Positions 10,229 through 20,220 are shown, numbered from the stretch's first letter. The stretch: 64,000 bases of DNA from Candidatus Latescibacterota bacterium (GCA_965237675.1 OZ250150.1:4704001-4768000); one strand, 5' to 3'. Notes: generated by a model not told the origin, from the letters alone. Made by a program: numbers and translations.

Positions 10229-10597
10229 TTATCCAGATACGACTCGATATGTTGAGTTGAATTTTGTGGAGCATCTTCCCTCTTTCAATAGCTTATCAGA
10301 GATCCTATGAAACGCGCCACGAATACATCTTGACCGCTCTGTTGGCGTTTTAGCATTGCCCCACCAGAACTCAATAGACGTGTCTGGATCCAAATTGTCA
10401 TGACTCTTACGGAGCGCGGCAATAGAATTCGCATGACCATTCTCTTTGACGTATTCTAAACAATCGGTAAAATCCAGGACGTCGCCGCTTTTTAAGCCCA
10501 CAGATTCTTGGTTAAGTTCGACCAGTGAATTCACGGAAACGCTGCTGTTCGTGGATCGTGTATTATTGTATATGATATCAGCCGCATGCTTGATCAC
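10229..10597 (-). CDS. Hypothetical protein (possibly a remnant)
   Basis: 122-aa ORF, no recognised motif. Confidence 0.4.
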   Translation of the reverse strand: MIKHAADIIYNNTRSTNSSVSVNSLVELNQESVGLKSGDVLDFTDCLEYVKENGHANSIAALRKSHDNLDPDTSIEFWWGNAKTPTERSRCIRGAFHRISDKLLKEGRCSTKFNSTYRVVSG

Positions 10598-10712
10598 TTG
10601 AGATACCGCCTTGTGTTACCACACATTGTGATTTGCGATGATATTGTTCTTTGTGCGCCATGAATCTGGGGTTGGGATGGCGGCGAGCATCGGGTTGGCT
10701 GATTCTCGCCTT

Positions 10713-11690
10713 TCAATCTATGCCTTCGATTGCAGCTTCGCCCATACGAATCGCCGCATGCGGGAGGGCGAGTATTCGGTCTTCCAGTTCCCAGATCTTC
10801 CGATTATGCGACTTTGGACCCCATTTCCGGTGGAGCTGACAAAGGCGCCTGGCATAGAAGGCAGCGAAGATGAGCGGGAGTGCGGTTCGTTCATCATCTG
10901 AGGGAGGCCGGACTGAGAAGTACCCCTCCACGAACCGCTGCATTTCCTCATCTGTAAGCTGTCGACCCACGGTCCCAATCAGCCATTGCATCCGGACCAT
11001 CACCACATCCACAAGCGCCGGAGCGAAGTGGGCAGAATTGAAGTCGGTGAACCTGACTTCACCTGAAGGGGAAGCAATCGTGTTCCTGCTTCGCACATCT
11101 CCGCGACAGAAGAGCCAACGAACGTTCATCTTGTTCGGCGTGTTATCCAGCTGTGCTCGAAGCCGGGTGACCGCATCTGCCGCGTTCGACGAGAACGTCG
11201 TCCTCTCGCAATACTCGAGAGCATCAGAGATGTACAGCCGCGCATCTTTGACTTCTGAACTGTAGACTGGAAAGTCTTCGCTCGCATCGTGAACCCGTGC
11301 GAGAGCCTCCCCCACGTTGCGGAGCGTATCGACGCGGTCTACAACCTCTCCTTCCAGGACGCTCTCGACCGAAATCACCAGGTCTCGAACGGATTTGCAG
11401 GGGCTGCCATCCGTGGTTGGAAGGATGTCAGGACACGGCGCGCCGCGATCAGAAAGGTGTCGAACGAACTCCACAATGGTTTTGGGGTGGGTCGAACCGT
11501 CCCATCCCGGATTTACGCGGAACACAACGCGTCCGTCCCGCAGACTGTCACAAAAGAAGACGCACCGTGAATTCGCCCTGCGGACTTTTGTTACTTTCAG
11601 ACCCCAGAATCGCTTGCAGAGTTCCGTGATCTCTCGCTGATCAGGCAGCGGGCCCGTTTCGTCTCTGGATCTGGGATAGAGGGCTTCCAT
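10713..11690 (-). CDS. Phosphotransferase (APH / homoserine kinase type II-like)
   Basis: LARVH...RGDVRSRN...FTDFN. Confidence 0.75.
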   Translation of the reverse strand: MEALYPRSRDETGPLPDQREITELCKRFWGLKVTKVRRANSRCVFFCDSLRDGRVVFRVNPGWDGSTHPKTIVEFVRHLSDRGAPCPDILPTTDGSPCKSVRDLVISVESVLEGEVVDRVDTLRNVGEALARVHDASEDFPVYSSEVKDARLYISDALEYCERTTFSSNAADAVTRLRAQLDNTPNKMNVRWLFCRGDVRSRNTIASPSGEVRFTDFNSAHFAPALVDVVMVRMQWLIGTVGRQLTDEEMQRFVEGYFSVRPPSDDERTALPLIFAAFYARRLCQLHRKWGPKSHNRKIWELEDRILALPHAAIRMGEAAIEGID

Positions 11691-11694
11691 AGGT

Positions 11695-11767
11695 TTTCCC
11701 GGCCCGGAACCGGTCGCATCGGTTGCGCGAAGGGCGCAAGCCCGAAGCCGTGGGCATGGTATTGGAG
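11695..11767 (-). other. Degenerate attC-like site
   Basis: AACCG...CGGTTGCGCGAAGGGCGCAAGCCCGAAGCC core shared with the sites at 18125, 21433 and 42619. Confidence 0.65.
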
Positions 11768-11779
11768 GCCATGCTCGAC

Positions 11780-12358
11780 TCAGATTTCCCAGTTCGACAC
11801 GTATGATCGGCTCTTGAGTCGCTCAGCAAGCTCAATCAATACAGATAGTGACTTGTTTAACCGGGCCGTAGTTGCGTCGTCGAGTTCGCCTCCCTCACCC
11901 CAATTATCGCCGTGGGCATACACATTATACGGGCTGACAATGCACTTGAAATCCAGCATAAGGGACGTTGCCAGCGACGCAAACGCCATATAGCTGTGCG
12001 GCAAGGCGCCCGAATTGACAAACATCACGATCTTGTCATAGAAAGCTCCTCTGAGCGATCCGCCTGGTGGCGTTGAACCTATGTACTCGACGAATTTCTT
12101 GAGCTCTGCGCAACACGCCCAGTTGTATACCGGACTGGCCAATATCACCGCATCGGATGCCGCAATGATCCTGTGGCACGATTGGTAAACCACGGATGAA
12201 TAGATTTCGTCGTCGTCGAAATTCGGCGGATCAAGTCGTCGAAGATCGATGAAGTCAACAGAAATGCCTCTGTCCTCCAGGGCGGTCCGACACATGGCGG
12301 CAAGATCCCTGCTGTGACTGTCCGCATTGAGGCTGCTGCTGACGACTGAAAATCTCAT
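11780..12358 (-). CDS. NADPH-dependent FMN reductase
   Basis: SSS....S.S; ASDAVILASPVYNW...ELKK. Confidence 0.85.
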   Translation of the reverse strand: MRFSVVSSSLNADSHSRDLAAMCRTALEDRGISVDFIDLRRLDPPNFDDDEIYSSVVYQSCHRIIAASDAVILASPVYNWACCAELKKFVEYIGSTPPGGSLRGAFYDKIVMFVNSGALPHSYMAFASLATSLMLDFKCIVSPYNVYAHGDNWGEGGELDDATTARLNKSLSVLIELAERLKSRSYVSNWEI

Positions 12359-12395
12359 TCTTGCACTTCCCCTTGATCGGCCCACTCCACATGGC

Positions 12396-12540
12396 CTGCA
12401 ACGGTCTCGCCGGCCGCGAACCGGGCCGGCTGGCACGGCTCGTATCCCGGTGGTTTTGATGAAGCAGGCGCCGTTACTGCGATAGGCAGGCCAGGTATGG
12501 AGGCGCGATTGCGCGGGAGCCGCAGCCCGGCGTGTTAGCT
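12396..12540 (-). other. attC-like site (long)
   Basis: CTGCAAC...GCCGGCCGCG...CGCAGCCCGGCGTGTTAGCT. Confidence 0.7.
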
Positions 12541-12569
12541 GGATTTGCCGCCCGGGTGACTCGTATCGA

Positions 12570-13664
12570 CTACCTTGGCGGGTTTCCGCTGTCCTTCAGG
12601 AACTTCTCCGCCTCGGCCAGTCTCTTCCGCGCGTCATCGCTTAGTTTGCTGTCCGGATACTTCGACAGAAACTTCGTCATTTGGCGAAATTCGAATCGGT
12701 ATCTAGCGATGTCGTCCCCGTTGAATTCATAAGGGGCCTCGTAGTAAGTCAGGAGCCGGAAGTAGGCCAAGGGTGCCACGTCCGACGCAGGATATTCTGT
12801 GACAATACGTCGAAGCACCTCCCGCGGCTCATCAGGCTTTTTAAATCCAAAGAATTCTTTCGGAGGGAAGAACTTCCACAAATCCTCAACAGCCGTCGCG
12901 TAATCAAAGTAGACCTGCGGCCTAACCTCAGCCTCATCCCCTTGATCGGCCATTTGGTATTTCTGCTGTGCCTCAAGCAGTCTATCCAAGACTTGGATAG
13001 TCCAGTTAAGACCGCGAAATCCGCTAAAATATCCTTCGGTTATGGCAGATCCATGAGTATAGGTCGTAAATAGTATGACACGCTTTGTCGATCTAACTGC
13101 ATCAATTGCGCCTTCACCAAATCTCTCCAGGATTCGCTGCAGCACCCGCTTCGCCCCTCGATAGTCCCGATTGACTGCGAGAAGCTTTGCGTTGAAGAAT
13201 AGACCGTATGGACTGTACACGTTCAACGGCGGTTCAGATGACCTCTGGTACGCCTCATTTGCTCTCTTGTCGGTAAAACCACCAGCTATTACATATGAGT
13301 GCCCGGCCAGTAGGTATAGCCATGTCCTCGCAATCGGATTTGCCTCCTCTGAGGCCTCCAACGAAAGAAGGGCGGCGCTCCGATTCAAGAACCTCTGTCT
13401 ATAAAGACGGTATCCATCGAGTGATGCCGGGAGTGCGCCTGACGGTAACTCGACAGGAATCTCGCGATAATACGTCCGGAATCTGTCGTCAAGGTAAATG
13501 GGTTGTCCGGCTCGCAAGCGCACGGTTTCACCGGTGTAAAGAGTTGCGTCTACGTCTACCACTATTGGAACATGACGATGACCCATTGCGAAGCCATTCG
13601 CCTTGGCGTCCGATGCAATAAACAGTACCGCCAACATGGGCCATAGATGTCTGGCAAATATCAT
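12570..13664 (-). CDS. Secreted TPR/BamD-like helical protein
   Basis: Signal-peptide-like N-terminus; EYPAS and KYPDS TPR-type motifs. Confidence 0.6.
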   Translation of the reverse strand: MIFARHLWPMLAVLFIASDAKANGFAMGHRHVPIVVDVDATLYTGETVRLRAGQPIYLDDRFRTYYREIPVELPSGALPASLDGYRLYRQRFLNRSAALLSLEASEEANPIARTWLYLLAGHSYVIAGGFTDKRANEAYQRSSEPPLNVYSPYGLFFNAKLLAVNRDYRGAKRVLQRILERFGEGAIDAVRSTKRVILFTTYTHGSAITEGYFSGFRGLNWTIQVLDRLLEAQQKYQMADQGDEAEVRPQVYFDYATAVEDLWKFFPPKEFFGFKKPDEPREVLRRIVTEYPASDVAPLAYFRLLTYYEAPYEFNGDDIARYRFEFRQMTKFLSKYPDSKLSDDARKRLAEAEKFLKDSGNPPR

Positions 13665-13731
13665 ACTGGTCTCCGATTCACGCTTTGCACGCAATGACAA
13701 AGAGGAAGAGAATTTCTTCGCGGCAATTCTC

Positions 13732-13831
13732 AGCCAATGTCTCACCTGTTGCCGAACTCGCGAAGCGAGTTGGCGAAGGCCAAGGCGCCCTTCGGCAGGC
13801 TCAGGGCCGCAGCGGGAACGAGGTGCCAAAC
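13732..13831 (-). other. Degenerate attC-like site
   Basis: AGCCAAT...AACTCGCGAAGCGAGTT...; arms match the neighbouring cassette ends. Confidence 0.6.
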
Positions 13832-13904
13832 GACGTGGGATACGATCTCCCCTCAAGCTGTATCTTGAACCAAATTCCTATTGCTGTCCCACTTCATGCG
13901 CTAG

Positions 13905-14681
13905 TTAGCGCTGTTGGGTACATTCTGGTATTTCGATCAGCAACATGCCTTCTTCTTTTAAAGGAAATTCAGCCAGAATGTCACCTGATTTTGAGACAAA
14001 TAAAGCAGCACCGAAGTAACCGCCCATTTCGTCGTCTGTCAACTGATTGACCAACATCATATTGACGCCGGCCTCTCGCGCTCGCCCGGCATAAAGGTAC
14101 TTTTCCTGTCTATGCCACATAGCCATATCGGCCACATCTTCATCAAACCCGCGAGCCATAGGAAACAACAACCAGTCCGGATTTAATGCCTTCACACGAG
14201 ATAGGCAGGTATTATTGAATAGATCGCCACAAAGCAAAAAGGCAGCAGTCCCAATCGGTGTAGAGGCAATTGGCATCTCGTCACCCTGGGCATAAATCGG
14301 AAAAGGACAAGGCCGATTATGCCAGTGATGCCAACGCGGATCGATGCGACGATATCGCATACGAATGACACCGTCAGGACCAATTAGAATAGCCGTGTCA
14401 TAGAGGCGATCCTCATTTCGTTCAAAAAGCCCCGTTGCCAGCCAAATTCGGCATCTGGCTGCAAGCTGGCAAAGTGCCTCCGAAGCAGCTCCGGGAATAG
14501 ATTGACCAAGAGACAGATCATAATCAGGGTTCCCGGTATTCACGAATCCTGTAATCGCCGCTTCGGAAAAAACAATCATCTCTGCATTAACATTTGCGGC
14601 ATCCTCAGTCATTTGCATCAAGCCGGAGAGAGTATCCTGCCGATTTAATTTTACTTGGGGGACACCAAGAGCCACTTTCAC
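13905..14681 (-). CDS. Carbon-nitrogen hydrolase (nitrilase superfamily)
   Basis: FSEAAITG; YRR; LLCGD. Confidence 0.85.
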   Translation of the reverse strand: MKVALGVPQVKLNRQDTLSGLMQMTEDAANVNAEMIVFSEAAITGFVNTGNPDYDLSLGQSIPGAASEALCQLAARCRIWLATGLFERNEDRLYDTAILIGPDGVIRMRYRRIDPRWHHWHNRPCPFPIYAQGDEMPIASTPIGTAAFLLCGDLFNNTCLSRVKALNPDWLLFPMARGFDEDVADMAMWHRQEKYLYAGRAREAGVNMMLVNQLTDDEMGGYFGAALFVSKSGDILAEFPLKEEGMLLIEIPECTQQR

Positions 14682-14804
14682 GCTATATGGTTCCTTTTAA
14701 GCTTGAACAGCCCAAACTCATCATTAAACTGCGAAAATTCAGTATCTCTCTTTTAATTTTGGTGGCATACTGAATAGATATCTGTCTCACCTTCATGCCA
14801 TGTC

Positions 14805-14898
14805 TTTTAACGTTTTCACCATTTACGACCCCGTGCATGCGGGGTGCGCGCAAGCGCCAGCCACCGTATGCCGCTCAGCGCAAATGGACGTGATATAT
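14805..14898 (-). other. attC-like site with GAT core variant
   Basis: TTTTAAC...CCATTTACG...CGCAAATGG-ACGT-GATATAT. Confidence 0.75.
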
Positions 14899-14942
14899 GA
14901 AGTGGGAATTTTCGCTCGGGCAATTCTCTGTCGGTGTATTGC

Positions 14943-15845
14943 TCAGTTCGGGGCTTGCGCAAAAGACGCGACAGATGACGTGTACGCGTGGCCTCCCGCC
15001 AGCCTTCGCTTCTCGAGACTACTACGAAGTTCTTCGTACTCCCAGTTCCCGCTCTCGGCCTCCTCACGCCACTTCATGTTGTATGTCTCTCGCTTGCAAA
15101 CGTCCAGGTGCCTCGGGGCCAGCGTGAGCCACGTCTTCCCTGAAGTAACGCTTCCGAATCCGTTAAAACATGGGGAGTGCATGTAGAGCAAGTTCTTCGC
15201 CATGTACGTCAGATAGTCTTCTGGGTTGTACCTGGCTCCATTGTAACTCAGCTCGTCGTTGCAGAAGATGGTCTTGTGTCGGCATAGTCGGTCCCTGGTC
15301 TCCCGTGGGCTCAGGATCAGTCCTTCAGAGTCACATAGATATGCATTGTACGAGGGGTCGACCATCACCCACTTCGAGCGAGAAGTACACCAAACCACCG
15401 TAACCAAATGATTGTCATAGTCGTATGGATTCAATGGATTCAGAGACACTATTCGGCTCTGCAATCCCAGAGATAGGCAGGCCTCTGTCAGCACGATAGA
15501 CAGCATGTAGCAGTTGATGCCATAGTCCTTACCTTTGCCGAACGAATATCTCAGAAGTCCCGAAGCGTTCATGGACAGGCATTTGCATACATCGGGCAGC
15601 GATTTGCTTATGTCGCCTCTGTGGCATATGCCTTCAGACATCCACTGCATTAAGTTCAGGATCTTGGACCATTCGTCTCCACCTCCTGCAACCTGATCAA
15701 GTCTATATGCTTCGCGCAGACGTTCGAGCTCAGGATGTGAGAGTTCATATTGGAAGCCAGGTGCCAACTCATCTGGATCCGAATCAAACTCGTCAAACAA
15801 GCGTAACAGCCCGCAGTATAGCCTGAACTGGTTATTCATCGTCAC
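14943..15845 (-). CDS. Transglutaminase-like domain protein
   Basis: GINC...HLVTVVW...WVMVDPS catalytic triad. Confidence 0.8.
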   Translation of the reverse strand: MTMNNQFRLYCGLLRLFDEFDSDPDELAPGFQYELSHPELERLREAYRLDQVAGGGDEWSKILNLMQWMSEGICHRGDISKSLPDVCKCLSMNASGLLRYSFGKGKDYGINCYMLSIVLTEACLSLGLQSRIVSLNPLNPYDYDNHLVTVVWCTSRSKWVMVDPSYNAYLCDSEGLILSPRETRDRLCRHKTIFCNDELSYNGARYNPEDYLTYMAKNLLYMHSPCFNGFGSVTSGKTWLTLAPRHLDVCKRETYNMKWREEAESGNWEYEELRSSLEKRRLAGGHAYTSSVASFAQAPN

Positions 15846-15880
15846 TTCCTCAAGTTATGTTGATTCTCTCTTCCCATTTT

Positions 15881-15966
15881 ATATATCGTCCTCGCGGGCT
15901 GCTAACCTGCGTGAGCAGGATTGGCGAAGTGGCGAAATCCTCGAGCCACAGCCCGTCGTGTTACAC
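15881..15966 (-). other. attC-like site with ATC core variant
   Basis: ATATATC...CGGGCTG...CAGCCCG-TCGT-GTTACAC. Confidence 0.75.
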
Positions 15967-16099
15967 GCTGGCGGCGATGCGTCCCCTTCAGGCCAAGCCC
16001 TAAGGGTGCTGGAATACAATGCACACCCGAAAGGGTTTTCGGCTCTCTGGCCATTGTGCCTCTGGAACGCCTCTCAGTCATTTGGCCTTGCGCTGCTCT

Positions 16100-16843
16100 C
16101 TATCGAATCTTGCAGGTGACCACTTGCTTGCTCGCGTTACTGGAGAATGCCGCGCCGTCGAAGTTCCCAACTCGGGATTCAATGAGAAATCCATTGTAGT
16201 GAAGTAGAGCTTCAAGCTCGGCGGGGAACAGCATTCTTAATCGCAACTCATGCCGAGAGACCTCTTGGTCGGCTTCGTCGAGAATCCGGTACGTGCCTGC
16301 ACTTACCTGAAGCGCACGGTCGTACCGCCCCTGTAATTCAATGCGGAGCCGATAACCTGTTCGTGGATCTGAGATGGTCTTGACCGGGGACCACCTGTCA
16401 GGATCGAGACTGTGCCATGACAGGCTCGGGTTGAACACATCAAACGCGAAACATCCGCCTTCCGCCAGAGACTCCCGCACGCACCCAAGCGCGCGCTCCA
16501 TGTCATCGCGGGTGTGCAGATGGAGGAGCGAGTTGTTGGCTACGAAAATGAGCCTCTGTGGTATGGGCGGCCGATATGTACGGAAGTCGTCTTCAACCCA
16601 GGCAATTGTCAGACCTTCCTCCGCAGCCTTCTTCTTTGCCGTTTCGAGCATCGAACGTGACAGGTCCACAGCGGTTACCGAAAACCCGTGCTTCGCTAGC
16701 GGTATCGCAATCCGACCGGTGCCCGCGCCAAGTTCGAGAACAGGTCCAGGGTGCTGCGCAGCAAGAGCCAAGTAGAACTCGATACCGTCATCGTGACCAA
16801 ACAAGGCGTCGTAGAGGAAACCGTCGTCGTAGATCGTAGACAC
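16100..16843 (-). CDS. Class I SAM-dependent methyltransferase
   Basis: VLELGAGTGR. Confidence 0.9.
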   Translation of the reverse strand: MSTIYDDGFLYDALFGHDDGIEFYLALAAQHPGPVLELGAGTGRIAIPLAKHGFSVTAVDLSRSMLETAKKKAAEEGLTIAWVEDDFRTYRPPIPQRLIFVANNSLLHLHTRDDMERALGCVRESLAEGGCFAFDVFNPSLSWHSLDPDRWSPVKTISDPRTGYRLRIELQGRYDRALQVSAGTYRILDEADQEVSRHELRLRMLFPAELEALLHYNGFLIESRVGNFDGAAFSSNASKQVVTCKIR

Positions 16844-16944
16844 GCTGACACCTCGTTGGAAGGGACTTGCTTTGGATAGGTTGGCTGCTGGTTTTGTGCA
16901 CGATTCTCCGAGGTTGGGTGGTTGGGCAATCCATCGCTACTTGC

Positions 16945-17014
16945 GTGCAACATTCTCGCCTTGCGCGAACTGTCGCAGGCCGTCAGATCTTAACCGCAAG
17001 CGGACGTGTTAGGC
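16945..17014 (-). other. attC-like site
   Basis: GTGCAAC...CTTGCG...CGCAAG...GTTAGGC. Confidence 0.75.
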
Positions 17015-17024
17015 GATTGCCGCA

Positions 17025-17498
17025 CTAACCGGTCCAGATATGCTCAAAGTTCTCGGTTTCATCTGGACGCTCAAACTGAGTCACGAAGGTTAAAAATGCA
17101 TCTTCGTTAATCCAAAGCGAATTCTCATCCTCGTTGGTGCGGCTCAGTACCCGAGCCTCTAAGACATCAATCGGCGCGTCCAGATAATAGAGCCTTGACT
17201 CCACGCCAATGTAGTCTACGGACTCCCTCATCGCGTCTCGATCCTTACGGCGCCAGAACCCGTAGTCAAAGATCACGTCATTTCCAAGCACGAGATTCCG
17301 TGAGGCGTTCTGCCAGATTAGATCCGCCACCTTGCGGTAATGGGTCTCGAACTCTTGTTTCGGCGGACACCGCCCGAAAAGATGAGCGAGCCACTCATCG
17401 TGCGAATACCGGACCGCCCGTTGCGTTTCTTCAAGTTCAATCGCAAACGTAGTCTTGCCAGCTCCAGGCAAGCCACAGAGTAGGTGAGCAGTCGTCAT
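17025..17498 (-). CDS. AAA_33-like P-loop kinase
   Basis: CGLPGAGKTT; VIFDYGFW...R. Confidence 0.85.
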   Translation of the reverse strand: MTTAHLLCGLPGAGKTTFAIELEETQRAVRYSHDEWLAHLFGRCPPKQEFETHYRKVADLIWQNASRNLVLGNDVIFDYGFWRRKDRDAMRESVDYIGVESRLYYLDAPIDVLEARVLSRTNEDENSLWINEDAFLTFVTQFERPDETENFEHIWTG

Positions 17499-17512
17499 TC
17501 GATTCTGCCTTC

Positions 17513-17609
17513 GCCTAACGCTTCAGGGTTTGCGAACCCGGAGCGAAGCGAAGGGTTGCCCGATAGGGCCAAGCGGCGTATGCCGCACCGCGCAAGATCG
17601 GTGTTAACG
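17513..17609 (-). other. attC-like site
   Basis: GCCTAAC...TTGCGAACCC..GCGAAGC..GGGTT...CGCAA...GTTAACG. Confidence 0.85.
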
Positions 17610-17621
17610 GAAGTACGATCA

Positions 17622-17834
17622 TCACAGAAGCTTACGAAATTCTTCAGTGGTTAATCCGGCATCCCTAACAATTCCTCCCATTGTAAAGGCATTCACAGGG
17701 TTGTTTCGTGGAACAGTCAGAATTCGTACTCCATCCGTCATAATGATATGCTTGCCCTGGCGTGCAATGCGAAACCCCGCTTTCTCAAAAGCTCGCACGG
17801 CATTCAAATGGCTGACACCTGGAATTTTTGGCAT
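17622..17834 (-). CDS. hicA: HicA-family toxin
   Basis: KAGF...RQGKHIIM...TVP...GIVRDAGL. Confidence 0.85.
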   Translation of the reverse strand: MPKIPGVSHLNAVRAFEKAGFRIARQGKHIIMTDGVRILTVPRNNPVNAFTMGGIVRDAGLTTEEFRKLL

Positions 17835-17835
17835 C

Positions 17836-18033
17836 CTATACCGTCAACTCGATCTCTCGTATCTCCGCGCCATCTAACAGATCGTCAACGACAGTAAGAT
17901 ATTCACGAATTGCTGTTTCGATGTTTGCAACCGCCTCATCTTCCGTGTTTCCTTGTGACCAACAACCTGGCAAGCCAGGCACCGAAACGCTAAAGCCTTC
18001 GTCGGATTTATGAAGGGCAACTTTGTACCTCAT
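17836..18033 (-). CDS. hicB: HicB-family antitoxin (short form)
   Basis: VPGLPGCWSQGNTEDEAVANIETAI. Confidence 0.9.
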   Translation of the reverse strand: MRYKVALHKSDEGFSVSVPGLPGCWSQGNTEDEAVANIETAIREYLTVVDDLLDGAEIREIELTV

Positions 18034-18124
18034 TGGGTCCTCCATGCGGTTGTTAATTCGGGTGTTTGATAACAAACCTTGTTATCTTGATTTGCAGGCC
18101 GATACTGTGATTTTGGTCTCTTCA

Positions 18125-18206
18125 AGATATCGTTCTCGCCGTGCCCGAACCGCGAAAGTGGTTGCGCGAAGGGCGCAGCCCGTCGCCGGGCACGGTCGTG
18201 TTATGT
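18125..18206 (-). other. attC-like site
   Basis: AGATATC...CCGTGCCCG...CGGGCACGG-TCGT-GTTATGT. Confidence 0.85.
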
Positions 18207-18793
18207 GAAGTCACCTCTCTCCCTACGAGGCTATGGTAAGGCGTTTCCTATTCCTGCCTTGATCGCTTTGTAGGCCAGGGGTGAGAGTAAGGGCTTCCCT
18301 CGCTCAACTTTGGCCTCGAACGTGTCAAGTTCCTCAACCGTGAAATGGGATCTCGGCATGAATTCCAGATAGTTGGCAACCTCCATTTCAATGAGGTCGC
18401 GAAGATCCGCTTGCGTGACGGGTATGTTCTCCTCGTGAACACGGTTTCACACAGTTGCCCCTTCCTTTCCTAATCCTTCGAAGAACCCACTGCGGATCGA
18501 AACACTGAAGAGAAATGTCAAAATCGCTTGGCCCTCTCGCCAATCACTTGGCGGATGCGTTGGCGATCTTCAAGGGATGCTGACTCTGTCTTGTAGGATT
18601 GCGTGCCGTAGATGCTATGAAATAAACCTCCAAGAGACACGGCTTGGTCGTTGCCCCAAGCCTGGAGGAAGTTCGTGTGTTCCCCGAAGATGATCCAAAA
18701 GATACCCGCCGCTGTGAGGATTTTCGTCAGTGTTCAGGTCGCCTCGACCGTCACAGTGGCGATGGCTAACATAATAGTTGGTGATACCCCCTT

Positions 18794-18886
18794 TTATAGC
18801 GCAATCGCCATCTCCTCCGTCGCTTTCAGCAGCGCGTTGCCGATCACCTCGAACTGGATCGGATTGACTTCGGTCTTCGCATGCAA
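18794..18886 (-). pseudogene. N-terminal fragment resembling hydantoinase B/oxoprolinase
   Basis: AAGGAG RBS, then MHAKTEVNPIQFEVIGNALLKATEEMAIAL*. Confidence 0.55.
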
Positions 18887-20140
18887 CTACGGAATCTCCT
18901 TTAAGAAATGCCCTATCAGGCCGGTGTTCCGTGCCAGAAATCGTTGTACGCCGCCAGCGGCCCGTCCCCGTGCGGCCCGGTAGCCAGATCCAGCCCCCCG
19001 AAGAGATAGACGGACTCGCCCCCCACTGTCATAACGGGGATTCGCCTGACACCGGGACGTTCGGCGCCAGCAGAGTAATCCTCCGCACCGTTGTGTGGAT
19101 ATAGACAGTCCCACCGGCCGGCACGAAGATCGTACTGCCACAGATCGTTCAGCTGGGGGTGCTCCCCTTCCCCTCCTGCAAATCCTCCGAACAGATACAG
19201 GTGATCTCCGATCACAGCGTATCCCAGCCCGTACCGAGGGGAAGGCCGTGCAACATCATCCGACCGGTTCTCCTGAATGCAGGTCCAGGCGCCTCCGTCG
19301 GGATCGTATTCCCACAGATCGTTGTAGAACTCCGGCGCTCGACCCTGACTGTCCCGACCGCCCCACAGGTAGAGCCTGCCGTTCCAGCCGGCCAGCACGG
19401 GACAGTATCGTTTCGGCGGCCAACCGTTGCGTCCATTCGATGCAGGCCCCAGGTGCTCCCATTTCCCGGCCGGCGCCTTGTAGGTCCACAGCTGTGCGTG
19501 CGTCATCGCGCCATGGCCCCCCATCAGATACAGGTAATCACCCAGAACGGCCGCCCCCATCCCGCCCGAACCGGCGGGACGATGCCCATCCGCCGTTATT
19601 CCTGATGCGCGCCCGTCGTCGGGCTCTAACAGCTCCCACGAGGCTGTCTTCGGATCGTAGGCCCAGAGATCGTTCAGCTTGATCTCCCTCTTGCCGGGGC
19701 CCCGCACTGAGGACCCGCCAAAAAGATAAAGCCTGCCGTTCACGGGCAGCCAGGTCGTGAGCTTCCGGGTACACGGTCTGGTATCGGACGGTCTGAACCC
19801 GATGCGCCCATCGTGGTCTTCCAACCGCGTCCACCGGCCTCGACCCGGGTCGTAGCGCCACAGGTCGTTCAATGAGCCCTGGACGGAAAGATCTCCAGGC
19901 CCTTTCGGCCGGCCGTACATCACTTTTATCCCCCCGAACAGGTAGACGCATCCATTGTAGCTCAACATCCCGCCGAAGGCCGCCCGCCTACAGGGTACAT
20001 CCTCGGCTTGCTCCTGGTCTGGATGCAGCAGTTCCCACTTCATAGTGGACCTCCGCACGGCCTGACTTGTGATTCTGCGGAGAAAGTTCGGCATATTCCA
20101 TTCGTAGCCGAAAAACTTGATACAGTTTATTCGCCGTGGA
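18842..20140. repeat. 1.3-kb near-identical duplication, copy 1 (copy 2 at 31011-32309)
   Basis: Direct sequence comparison, offset 12169. Confidence 0.95.
18916..20043 (-). CDS. Kelch-repeat beta-propeller protein
   Basis: Repeated LYLFGG...NDLW.YD. Confidence 0.9.
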   Translation of the reverse strand: MKWELLHPDQEQAEDVPCRRAAFGGMLSYNGCVYLFGGIKVMYGRPKGPGDLSVQGSLNDLWRYDPGRGRWTRLEDHDGRIGFRPSDTRPCTRKLTTWLPVNGRLYLFGGSSVRGPGKREIKLNDLWAYDPKTASWELLEPDDGRASGITADGHRPAGSGGMGAAVLGDYLYLMGGHGAMTHAQLWTYKAPAGKWEHLGPASNGRNGWPPKRYCPVLAGWNGRLYLWGGRDSQGRAPEFYNDLWEYDPDGGAWTCIQENRSDDVARPSPRYGLGYAVIGDHLYLFGGFAGGEGEHPQLNDLWQYDLRAGRWDCLYPHNGAEDYSAGAERPGVRRIPVMTVGGESVYLFGGLDLATGPHGDGPLAAYNDFWHGTPA

Positions 20141-20220
20141 AGACTTCAAAATAAGGTGGTTGTTGCCTTTTGTGCGCGATTTTTTGGGGTAATGTGGCTG
20201 GGAACACTTGCGCCGCTTTC

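Noticed and set aside
13665-13856. N-terminal ORF extensions running through att-like sites (also 12359-12436, 28914-29111, 43604-43708)
   Set aside because: They are translations of the palindromic sites; better starts lie inside the cassettes
17513-17609. tRNA/ncRNA or plain REP/terminator reading of the branched hairpins
   Set aside because: No tRNA T/D-loop motifs or poly-T tails; cassette-specific end complementarity and duplication breakpoints at AAC point to recombination sites
18248-18760. Possible gene between the HicBA cassette and the Kelch segment (similar debris at 23400-23935, 25630-26070, 50850-51070)
   Set aside because: Broken frames with no recognisable family
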